A stretch of 64,000 bases of DNA. Origin: Pocillopora damicornis. Lineage: Eukaryota. The stretch covers positions 1 through 64,000 of the forward strand of contig NW_020843860.1 of NCBI RefSeq assembly GCF_003704095.1. Reading direction: 5' to 3'. Position numbers and translations under genes: made by a program. The notes below the pieces were generated by a model that worked only from the letters and a program-made list of their open reading frames with translations, was not told where the DNA came from and did no database searches. Position 1 is the stretch's first letter. Each line of letters begins with the position of its first letter. This document shows, one piece after another, positions 25,301 through 37,428 of the stretch.

Positions 25301-27322
25301 TACATTGGCATGTCAAAGTGGTTCTCAGATGCTAATTTCTCTTGCATCTTGTAGGCTTTTTCATAGAACTCAAGTGCTTTTCTAGGCTGGTCGAGAGCAA
25401 AAAAACTGTTTCCAATGGCATTGTAGCACCTTGCAAGATCAGTATGCTCCTCAAGCAGTGGTTCAGAGAAAGTTAAGGACAACTCCAGACTTGCCAGTGC
25501 CTTTTTATAGTCTCTGTTTCTCCAAAGGATTTCACCTTCAGTGTGCAAGTAAAGCCCCTTGGTGAGCATAAAGGATTCTCCAGTTTGATCTTCGACTTTC
25601 TCCAATGAATTCAGGGCTTCCCTCAATGTTTCAAATCCTTTCTCTGTTCCATCAATATCTGAAACTTGCCTGGCTTCCCAGGACTTCAACTGCGCTCGGC
25701 AAAGGGAACCTATACCAAGATGGAGAATCAAAACTAATAAACAAATATCACTGCTGATGAAATGTACTTAGTATCTACAAATAACAAAGTGTAAATTATC
25801 ACAAGTCATATCGTTTTGTGTTTTCAATAACAGTTCACCAAATAGTGATTTAAAGAGTTCATGTTTTAAGTTTTTGTAAGTTTGTTTGTTTGTTTTTCTT
25901 TTTTATTATTTTTTTTAAAAGTCCCTCCTGAGTAATTTCTCTCCAGTTTACCTGTGGAATCAAATAAGTGATGGTAATAGGACTTCAGGGAGAAGGTGGG
26001 TCAACAATTTCAGCTTGGCTGATTGCACAGTGCAGGGCTGGCTTAAAAATTATTGGCAAGATTGCCCCTGCACTACACATCAAAAAATTCTAATTGACTG
26101 TATCAACAGCAAAGTACATGTACCAAAAAACTCAGAGACATGAAATATTGACAGATGCAATGACAGAGCCACCTTTTTCAATTTATCAGCCTTAAGCTCA
26201 TCAGTGGTCCAATAGGCTAATTTTAAAACAGAACCTGCTCACTAAAGATTTTCCTTAGGTTTGATTGGCAAGTTATAAGTAAGGTAGACACTCAAATTTC
26301 ATTGACTGGTAGCATTAAGCACCAAATTTGAGTTGGTTGTTCCAGATAGGTCAAGTCTGGTGGCATGTTTGTGCTCAGTAAGTAATCCAAAAGTGGCTCT
26401 GTCAAATTGTAATTACATGCATGTAAGCCTCTTCCACTGTTCCAATCACCAAACTGCAATAACAGTTTAAATGGCCATTAATCTCATTATATCAACTGCC
26501 ATGGATGGCAGAAAAGCCAAGAGGTTAATATCTAACAAACTGAATGCTATGTCTAAACTTAGGAGAGTGGGATTTAATGATGGACAGGAGTGCTGATGAT
26601 GGGATTCAGACAAAAGCAAATAATTGTATATGGGAAGGTGTCTATATAACAGGGATGCCCAGGAGAGGATAACACTTGTACTCTCTCAAGTTACAAAAGA
26701 GATAATAACTTCATACTAACTGAGCGTAAGGGCCATATTGGGATATATTGGCCAGCATTGGCACTACAGACTGAGCACAGCTCCTTCCATACCAAAATGA
26801 CAGGGACCAATGTCCACCAGTATGGCTCAAGCAAGCAAGGTCAGTAAGAAGTTTATTATAGAGAACTTGAACCAAAATTTTTTATTTTGAATTTGATGCC
26901 TTTGCAATCAAAAAGACATGGCTCATAACTGTAACTGTAAAAATGATCCATATGGCAAAATCCTGACCAATTAAGATGCAATCAGAATGCTCAAATTTAC
27001 CTCAGGACTATCTTACCATATAATAAACTAACTCTTCTAATGAGTTTAAACTACATGTGAGCTACTTCAGAGAAAGATCTTAAATGCCTGCTCAGACAAA
27101 GGTAACTGACTAAATATGAGTTTTGAACAATTTTGATGTAACATGAAAAATTTAAGTGCCTCTCACCTGTTTTTCCATCATCTTCACACATCTCAGCCCA
27201 GGAATGAAACACCTTGATAAGTTGATTATCAGTCAGCATTGCAATGAAAAGAGATGCAATTAAAGCATTCTCATGGAATTCACCTGGAACAATGAAATAC
27301 TCTGGTTGTAAGGAGATCTCAA
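22311..27322 (-). CDS. NLR-like copy D: end of NB-ARC exon, TPR exon, 49-nt microexon, acidic exon, start of ZU5 exon
   Basis: Exons (minus strand): 27322-27167, 25709-24076, 23508-23460, 23285-23123, 22454-22311 (gap); phases compatible and homologous to the copy E exons. Confidence 0.88.
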
Positions 27323-27599
27323 NNNNNNNNNNNNNNNNNNNNNNNNNNNNNNNNNNNNNNNNNNNNNNNNNNNNNNNNNNNNNNNNNNNNNNNNNNNNNN
27401 NNNNNNNNNNNNNNNNNNNNNNAGAGCCTGGGTATGTGCAGACGATTGCTGTTGGCTTTCAACGATGTTCTATGCTCCCAGCCTGCCCGCCCATCAGAAC
27501 AAAGTCAGAAAAACGGCGTTTGGCCTAGTCCAGTTTATTTTGCTTCGAGACAGAAGTCAAAACCACGTCTTTGCAGTATTGCTTTTTACCTAATGATAC

Positions 27600-30270
27600 C
27601 TTTACCTTAATGTCTCTTTTTCGAGGGGGAAGGTCCATTTCTAGTTTGCACAGTTTATTTTCTGTCTTCTGTTCTCTGCTGTTGTAGAACTCAATTTTTA
27701 GCCATCCTTTGTCGACAACGCGTACCCTCAAACTCCTCTTAAAGGAATCATCTTTTTCAAATCTGCAAGGCATGGAGGAAAAAGTCTTAACGTATAAAGA
27801 AGATTAGGGATAATCGTCTTCTAAAGTTATCAAAATTTTTCCTAAGTTCTTGTTAGAGTGAAGTTCGCTAAAGGAAGTAGGTCATGAAATTGTGGGCCAT
27901 TTGGAGCAATGATTGAAAAATAAAGGCTAAAAGCTGTGCAATAGCTAAGGCGGTACCTTCGTTACATGACCGTCATGATTCGAGCATTGATATTGCTCTG
28001 CCAAATCGTAGCTGCGAAAAATCATTTGATTATCAAGTTCTTACAACTAACACTTCTCCGCGCAACTTCGTCATAATGGTAGTATAACTGAAAAAAATTT
28101 CAGATTCACAAGGAGGCATAGTACATTGGCCGCTTGCAACCACAGCTGAATGTTCAGATGCAATTGTAATTTTTTGTCCACATAGATTTACTTTTCAAGT
28201 ATTACATTCGTGCTTGCTATTGTGTACTTCAACTATTGTAACGGTTCTAGTTTCAAACATTCCATTTGATTTAAAATTATAACGTATTTGCATGTAACGA
28301 GTCAAAACATTACAACGCTGATGGCATGAGTCACACCGAAACATGGCTTTGAAAAGTTCTCTCGTGAAACCGAAATCTATTTTAAGTATGGGTAATAAAA
28401 TTATTTCGAGTGCAATTTGTTGTTAATAACCACGATTAAATTTTGTACAGACAACAAAATTGCACGAGCCCGTAAAGCAATTGCAATTTGTAGTCTTTGA
28501 AAAATGTACAAGTGCCTATTACACCAAATTGCAAGATAAAACATGTTATTACTTGATAATAATGTACATGAAAAAACATCACAGAGACACGACAAACGAA
28601 ATTTGAAACCGTGCACGCGCTAGTTGCAATCTTCATTCGTGTTACATGATGATGCACTCGTTTTCAGCCAATCAGGAGCGCTTAATTTTTTCATGCATAT
28701 TATTATAATAAAAAAGTAATGATCAACCACATTTAATCCATGAAACTTCTCCGAAAGTACAAACACTTTTTGGAACTTCACGCAAAAATATCCAAACACT
28801 CTGCAATCATTCTAAGACTTGGTCTGAAAATATTTTTTGATATTGCATTGTATGCTGCATCTTAAATTTCTAACATCTGATGGACAAACAGCCACTCGAC
28901 CAGATGAACCGACTAAGTTCAAATTACCTCAAGAGAAGGTGACTCACCCACCATCATGGTCACAAAAATTTCAAATTTCTTGTTAATCAATATTTTGTTA
29001 TTTCAGATCAAACTAGATGTTCTAGGTATCGACAAATGCCTACCGAAGTGTTACCTGACAAAAAAGTCTTCTAAATCCGCGACCTCGGCCGGCTGAACCA
29101 CGCTCCCTGAAAAAAACACATAAGCCACGTCGTGAGGTGCCATGTAATCCCATGCATTTTCTTCTTCCAACAAGTATTCCTCCTCATCTTTAATGTGCTT
29201 CCGTGTCGCGTTACTTGAACTGCAAATCACACGCAGCATTTTTGTAGAACCTAAGCTGGTATTTGCTGGAAGACAAGCTGTAAAAACTGCCACTTGGGGC
29301 ACATTGTGTGTGTCAAAGCTACGTGCTAATTCGACCATTTGTGACAAGACTGGTTTAACGCACCAATCTATCCAGCCCCAAAGTCTGCAACCAAACAAAA
29401 GCAACACCAGAATTACCTCCCTCCTGCAACTAACTTGAGCTTAAAACATAAAATAATCCCCTTGCCATTCAAAAAATATATAACGATACTGATAATGATA
29501 ATAGTAATAATATTAATATTATCAATGACAAAATCAAGCAAAATACAACAGAAGCAAAAGCAGAGCTCGTGGTTTTACAAAGCGCAAGATGTGAATCATT
29601 TGTAGACAGTGCGAACAAAATTTCGACCCCTGATTGACGAGTGAGGCGAATTTACATAGGTAAGATGATGTTTGAAATCTAATATTCTTTCTAGAGATGC
29701 TTTTAATCTACTAACAAGTAAATCAAAGAAGATTGGGATGCAGGTGTATCGCAAGAAAATAATTCACGCGTTAAATAAACATCAGCTGTATGTTCCCCGA
29801 TATTGTCATGCTAATTTCAACCCGATCTATCTTGATTCCCTACGCTTTGTTTTGCTTCCAGTTATTTTTGTTCCGAGTTGAGGTTTTTCAAATATTGCTC
29901 CAATAGAGACGCAAAGCACTCATAAAACATCTAAAAATTTGAAAGCAGTTACTTTGGCATACCTCGAGAAGTGCTTCACACTGAATTTGATGAGAGTCCC
30001 CTCCAGCCAAGGGGGGGAATCAAGAACATCTGTAATTTCGGTCCATTCTCGTCCTGTTCCATCAGATGGTTGCAACAAGACTCGGGCACGGACGAATGAC
30101 AGATCAGGAATACCCAATAACTCAGCTGCCTGATCCGTGTCTCTTAAGGATAACGGCAGCTGTACAGTGACTGGTTCCTGGAACTCCACCTCCTTATTGC
30201 ACAGAACACTGAGTATCGGGCCGGCCAACATCTCCTTGTTTCTTAACTCTCTGCTGCGAAATTCTTGTAT
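27600..30270 (-). CDS. NLR-like fragment F: ZU5-2 exon with HFS motif and UPA-like exons
   Basis: Exons (minus strand) 30270-29963 (..FQEPVTVQLPL..WTEITD..FSVKHFSR|), 29384-29055, 27762-~27600. Confidence 0.85.
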
Positions 30271-31372
30271 CTACAAGCAATGGAGAAACAAAATTCAGTC
30301 AGTTGGACGAGAAAGCGAGCCAACAATAAATTGTGGCCAGCGTAAAATCCATTTCTAAAACAAGATTATTTGTTTTTATCAGCTGAGTTGCTGATGTAAA
30401 TTGCCCACTATAAAGAGATATTGAGCTGACTTTTCGAGCGTTAGCCCCTCTTCAGAACTAATATTAATCATATGAAATTTTCATTTATTTAAGACTTCAC
30501 GTTGCCATGCGTTGAGTGGTAAGAGAAGTTTTCCTCACTGTTTTCCTCGAACTTCGCCCTTGGTCGCATCTCGGAACAGATAATGTCCGCGGACAAATAT
30601 CCGTGCACGTTTTCGCGCCAAATGAAGGCTACTGTTTATATATAGCGACAGAAAAAAAGAACAATTTTGGGCTTAACCAATTTAATAACTGGAAAAAGAA
30701 AACGAACTAAAAAACATTTTTTTTTTTGACTCAAAGAACCACAAAAAATATTTTTTGCCCAACTCAAAGAACCATGTAACTAGCCGNNNNNNNNNNNNNN
30801 NNNNNNNNNNNNNNNNNNNNNNNNNNNNNNNNNNNNNNNNNNNNNNNNNNNNNNNNNNNNNNNNNNNNNNNNNNNNNNNNNNNNNNGTTGATTTCTTAAC
30901 TTGTCTTTTCCAAGAATTTACAGTTCATGTTTTAATGCTTCTGCAATACCAAAAAGCCCCTTAACTCAAACAGTATGAAATCGGCCCTTTCAAAAGGGTC
31001 CGTATGGTGTTAAAATGAACAATAATAACCTACCAAGGCTTTTCCTTTGTTTGTTTGTTTTTGTCGGTTTCGTGTTGTTGTGTTTAGTGTTTTTTTACTT
31101 GAATTTGATATGGACACGATCCACCTAATAGATAACTTGCGCAACAAACATTTCTGAGTTTGATGACTTATCATTCTAACATTACTTACACAGTACAAAA
31201 AGCTTCCAGCAATAACACCATAATATACATACTAGAGAAGAGTGTCGACCTACCAAGTTACATATGAAAATAAAAGAGCCGAAATGAGGAAGTTTCAAGG
31301 CATTATCAAGTGCAGTGACCCTCATTTAAACTGGTAACTTGTTCTGAATTTTCATCCTTGGCTTATTTTCAG

Positions 31373-34093
31373 ATCTGCAGATAGCTTATCGCGATGATTT
31401 TCCTGATTATTGCCTTCCTGTTGCTGAGACTAAAATTACCCAGTGTTCCACATTTGCAGTGGTTTGCCGTCTCAAGGCCCACAAGTTCACCATAACCTCG
31501 CAACCGTCCACCCTTTCATTACCAGGCTTCCCATTGGTCAAAGTGTACTTTCCCTCAAACGCAGTCTCCGCCGCAGAAGAATTGCACGTGACTGTCACGG
31601 TAAGTGTCTGATTGCGTCAAACAATTACAGCTAGTTACATGGTTCTTTGAATTAAGCAAAAAGATTTTTTGTTAGTTAGTTTTTTTTTCAGTCATTAAAT
31701 TTATTAAGTACAAAATTGTTGTTCTTTTTTTGTAGTCTGTCGCTCTATATAAACAATAGCCTCCATTTGACGCGAAAACATGCTCGGATATTTGTTCGCG
31801 AACATTATCTGTTCCGAGATGCGACCAAGGGCGAAGTTCGAGGAAAATGTGAGGAAAACTGTGAGCGTAGAGCTTCTTTTGTAACTCGACGCACGGCAAC
31901 ACGAAGTCTTTTTATTTCGTACGATAAGAAAAAAAAATGCGCGTATGAGCGTATGTAAGTGATTATACGCACGTTATAAATTGAAATTTATTATATTTGA
32001 CTGATTAAGATAATGTGAATTGGCCATCGTTTAGATTCTCTAAAGCTGACATTTCAAATATTAGTTCTGAAGAGGGGCTAACGCTCGAAAAGTCAGCTTA
32101 AGATCTCTTTATAGTGGGCAATTTACATCAAATTATATTTGTAAACGGAATAAGAGAGATGGTAAGTTTTGACCTCAGTAAAGAAATAGAGAAGGATGTT
32201 TTTCGTCTTGTCGCGAGCGTGGGACAAAGAAAAAATCTGAGCCCCCATGAGGAATCGAACCTCAGACCTTCGGATGGCGCCATCGACATTGCTGATCGTA
32301 ATAGTATGCAGGACGCGTGTCATATGACTGAACTTCGTAAGAGACCTCGCTCACCGTAGAGTCTCTGTGGCTCAGTGATAGAGCATCGGAGCGCGGAATC
32401 CGAAGGTTTTAGGTTCGATTCCTCGTGGGGACTCGAAAAAGGAAATCTTTCCCAACGAATTGTCTTGTTTTAGAAATGGATGTTACGCTGGCCAAAATTT
32501 ATTGTTGGCTCGCTCCCTCGACCAACTAACTGAATTTTGTTTCTCTATCACCTTTAGATACAAGAATTTCGCAGCAGAGAGTTAAGAAACAAAGAGATGT
32601 TGGCTGGCCCGATACTCAGTATTCTGTGCAGTAAGGAGGTGGAGTTCCAGGAACCAGTCACTGTACAGCTGCCGTTATCCTTGAGAGACACGGAACAGGC
32701 TGCTGAATCATTGGGTATTCCTGATCCTTCATTCGTCCGTGCCCGAGTCTTGTTGCAACCATCTGATGGAACAGAACGAGAATGGGCCGAAATTACAGAT
32801 GTTCTTGATTCCCCCCCTTGGCTGGAGGGGACTGTCATCAAATTCAACGTGAAGCACTTCTCGAGGTATGCCAAAGTAACCATCTGCTTTCAAATTGTTA
32901 GATGTTTAATGAGCGCTTTAAGTCACAAGGGGAGCAATATTTGAAAAATCTTAATTCGGAACAAAAAAAACTCAAACCGAAACAAAACGTAGGAAATCAA
33001 GGTAGATCGGGTTGAAATTAGCACGACGAAATCAGGGAACATACAGCTAAGTTTATTCATTTTCTCGCGGTACGCCTGCATCCTAATCTTATTTGATTTA
33101 CTTGTTAGTAGATCAAAGGCATCTCTCGAAACAAAATCAGTACCTGTGTAAATTCGCCTCACTTGTCAATCGAAATCTTGTTCGCGCACTGTCTACAAGT
33201 GATTTACCTCTTGCGCTTTGTAAAAACACGAGCTCTGCTTTTGCTTCTGTTGTATTTTGCTTGATTTTGTTATTGGTAATATTATTATTATTATTATTAT
33301 TATTATTATCAATATCGTTATATATTTTTTGAAAGGCAAGGGGATTATTTTATGTTTTAAGCTCAAGCTAGTTGCAGGAGGGAGGTAATTCTGGTGTGGC
33401 TTTTGTTTCGTTGCAGACTTTGGGGCTGGATAGATTGGTGCGTTAAACCAGTTGTGTCACCAATAATCGAATACGCGCGTAGCTTTAACACAGAAGATGT
33501 GCCCCAAGTGGCAGTTTTTACAGCTTGTCTTCCAGCAAATACAAGCTTAGGTTCTACAAAACAGCTGCGTGTGATATGCAGTTCAAGTAACGCGACACGG
33601 AAGCACATCAGACATGAGGAGGAATTCTTGTTAGAGGAAGAAAATGCGTGGGATAACATGGTACCTCGCCAAAGGGCTTATGTGTTTTTTTCAGGGAGCG
33701 TGGTTCAGCCGGCCGAGGTCGCGGATTTGGAGGACTTTTATGTCAGGTAACACTTGCGATTTGGCATAGCAACATCGATTCCCGAATCATGACGGTCGTG
33801 TAACGACGGTTACGACTTAAGCTATTGCACAGCTTTTAGCCGTTATTTGTGAATTACTGCTCAAAATGACCGACAATTTCATGGCCCACCTACTTTAGCG
33901 AACTTCATCCTAACAAAAACTTAGGAAAATAATAATAATTCTAAGAGACGATTATCCCTAAATCTTCCTTATACGTCAAGACTTTATTCACCATGTCTTG
34001 CAGATTTGAAAAAGATGATTCCATAATAAGAAAGTTGAGGGTACATGTTGTCGACAAAGGATGGCTAAAAATTGAGTTCTTCAACAGCAGAGA
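31373..34093 (+). CDS. NLR-like fragment G: ZU5-1/ZU5-2 (HFS) and UPA-like exons
   Basis: Exons 31373-31599 (DLQIAYRDDFPDYCLPVAETKITQCSTFAVVCRLK.., not in the ORF track in this frame), 32558-32865 (..FNVKHFSR|), 33417-33746, 34004-34093 (gap). Confidence 0.85.
32140..32440. mobile_element. tRNA-derived SINE-like insertion with internal inverted repeat
   Basis: TGGCTCAGTGATAG (A box) and GGTTCGATTCC (B box) at 32386-32435, with an inverted partial copy at ~32238; absent from the homologous intron of fragment F. Confidence 0.7.
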
Positions 34094-35786
34094 NNNNNNN
34101 NNNNNNNNNNNNNNNNNNNNNNNNNNNNNNNNNNNNNNNNNNNNNNNNNNNNNNNNNNNNNNNNNNNNNNNNNNNNNNNNNNNNNNNNNNNNNGAAGCAA
34201 AATTAATGAAACACACACGTCACAGAAACATGATATTATGTGCTTGATTTTTAATATTTTCAGAAGTGACATTTAAACTAAATTGCATCTTAATCAAGGC
34301 CAGAGAAATAGCCGCATTACGATCGAAAATATCTCTGAGAAATGTATTCAGGTAAAAGAAACCAGAGTTGGAGAGTTTATAAGTTTAAGGGAATTTCTAT
34401 GCTGTTTCATCGCTATTCACAAGGTATCTCCATTCATAGGTCGAGCAATGTCATCCAAAACGACGAACAACACCATAAAGCCTTGACGAATCTTGAGCCA
34501 CAAAAGTTCTTTTGATAACACTTTGATCTGAGTTGTTTATTGTCACGTTAAAGGTCGGCTCTATTGTCATGGTAAGGATCCATGGCGAAAATAAGAGGAC
34601 AAAAAGGTAACTGCGCAGAACTTAGATTGACACATTAAGCATTCTATTCTACCTCTACCTATTAAGCAATGAGAATTAGCGCAAAAGAACCTGCTTTATT
34701 TCCCAGGTAAAGTTGATGAGATGACTGGACTAAATCCAAATAGGCATGTTTACAGTGCATCTTTGCCTTTTTTATTTTTATTTTTTGAGTGATGCAAGCT
34801 GTGAAATCGGAAATACTTATGTGTGACGCAGACGTGGTTTAATAAGTATTAGATTTACGACATGATATTCATGTAATGAACAACTAAGCAATGAAAGGAG
34901 GAGAGCAAGCGAGAGCCCCACGCTAAAACTCACGTATGGAGGCACTGCTGGAACGAGGGTGGATGTCAATATATTTGATAATTTCCTTAGCTATTGTACT
35001 CCGCTAGGATAACGTCTACGCGTGTATCCAGATTTATTTTTGTGCGTGTTTTGGCCTTTTTTCCTCAATATCTTCTATTTGCAAGTGACTAAATTCCCTG
35101 CAACTAGAACAAGGCAAAATTCCTGTTTGAAAATAGACCAGCATTTGAGGCGGACTTCTTTCGAGGACTGTGAGGAAAATTCCCACTGCGGACAGGAAGC
35201 TAGCCAACGCCTCAGGGCCCAGTTGTTCGAAGGCCGATGAGCGTTAACCCAGGGTTAAATTTTATTCTAGACTTCTATATTTCTCTGTTCAAAAGTCGTT
35301 TTAGGATAATTTTCCCCATTTTTTTTTTAAAGTGTTCAATCATCAAATTGAAGAAAAAAAGAGTTATGCTGAATTTTTTTTTCAAGCTTTCAGATCTTAA
35401 ATCAAATTAAATCAGATTTTACACTAAACCTTTAAAACGCTTTTCGGTGGCCAATTTACGTTATCAACTCAGTCGATAAAACTAAATTACCATGTTATAC
35501 TCTCTCAGCGACGCAGCCCACAGTTTCTTTAGAAACTTACCCCCTTTATCTAAAAGTAGACTGTCGCGGATAAAACCGAAAATCGTGTCTTTTAATGTAT
35601 CCCAATATGTTTTTCTAAAAAACTACCGAGACAAAGAGAAAAGTATATCTGATATAAAAAAAGTTGTATTAATAGGAGACTGTCTTATTACTTCCGTTTG
35701 CGTGATGGAACGCGTAACTTTCCACTATGCAAACGTACGCCCATAGTATAATGGTCAGCAGTATCCTGATGTAATGTAAATCAAAC

Positions 35787-37428
35787 ATGGCGGCAGTTGA
35801 AACTGCACAGCTACAACAATTCTTCGAAGACATTTCTCTTAAGATTACCCCGGCAGAAACGGAAAATGTTGTGCATTCTTTTAAACGGATATATGGGGGG
35901 AAGTTTAAGTCGTTGGAAAGCCACGATCTGTTGAAATGTTTGCAACTTCTTGCTAAGCAAAGGTATGTAACCGAAAACAACCTGAAACTCGTAGAAGACT
36001 TCGTTGCTCCGAAATGTAGCCAACAGAAGGACATTGAGGAGGCACTGAAAAGTTTAAAGGCCTCTCGTCTGATGAAAGCTGATCCAAAAAAGGAATTAAA
36101 AGGACGGAGCGATGAAATCACGAAAATCAATAGAAAACTTGAATCAAAAGATATTGCACTTCTAAACTTGTTTGGGTCGTCCGGGATAGGAAAGACAGAG
36201 CTTGCAAAAGAAGTTTGTTCAAAATGGAAAGGGATTTCTCGAATTTTTGACCTGAGGAAGGCACAGGATATGACAGCGATCTATCACAACATGCTTCATT
36301 CTCTCGAACTAGCTGTTCCAGCCGGTCGTGTTGAGCAATTGCAAGAGTATGTTGTAGCAAAGGTTCAAGAGAAAGTGAAAGAGCTGAAAGATGGGGAACA
36401 GCCTGTTCTTTTTATGCTGGATAATGTGGACCAATTTACCGCAGGGAAAAAAGAAGAGGGGAAAAGGTTAAAAAAAGCATTCCTACGCTTTTTAGAAGAA
36501 CTTTTAGAAAGTGAAGAAAAAAGACTTCCTTTAAAACTGCTTCTTACTTCAAGCACTAAGTTAGAGGAACTCAAAAAGATGGATGATTTTGAAGTTAAGT
36601 CTCTTGAGAGATCTTTTTCAGAGAAAATCCTCATCCCTGAGGGAATGACTGATGTAAAAACCCATCAGAAGGATCGTTTAATAAGCATTGCCAAAGGAAT
36701 CCCTCTTATTTTGAAAGGACTGGCTGCTATCTTGAGACAGGAACGAAAATCTGTTGATGATCTCATTGCAAGCGTCACTGCCTCTTCACAGCAATCTGAA
36801 GCAGAGGGAGATGCAAGAAGTAGTGTACTCACTTTTGAGCAAGAAGGAGTAGACATGGGTCAGATGTCAGTGATTCAAGAAATGTTTGATACACTTCCCA
36901 CTGAAAGTTTAAGGGTATCTGCAGTAGTAATTTCCTTGTTTCATGGACCTTTCTCTGTGAAAATGGCTGCCAAAGTTCTTGGTTTTGATGAGGTGGAAGC
37001 CATTGCTCAGTTAGAGGGACTCGTAGCCAGTGAAATAATTTTTGTTGTTGATGAAGAAGCAAAAGAGAGGAAGTATGACATTCATCCACTATTACAAAAG
37101 TATGCTGATAGTATCAAGAGTCTTGAAGACTTTAATACTTCTTTCCTTGAGGCAAAGGAACGCTTCTATGAACTCTTCATGTACAGGATGAAGAAAATTG
37201 CAGAACTCATTGAGCCAGATTATGTCAAAGCATTCCATTTGTTTGAGAGTAACAAAGCCAACTATGAGTACACTGTTGAGATCTCCTTGCAACCAGAATA
37301 TTTCAGTGTTCCAGCTGAATTCCGTGAAAATGCCTTGATGGCATCCCTTTTCATCGCAATGCTGCATGAGAAACTGATCCCGGTCTTTGGTTCCTGGGCT
37401 GAGAAATGTGAAGATGATGGAAAATCAG
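35787..37428 (+). CDS. Copy E exon 1: DED-like + NB-ARC
   Basis: ORF 35787..37592; GSSGIGKT, FMLDNVD, KGIPL, YDIHPLL. Confidence 0.9.
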
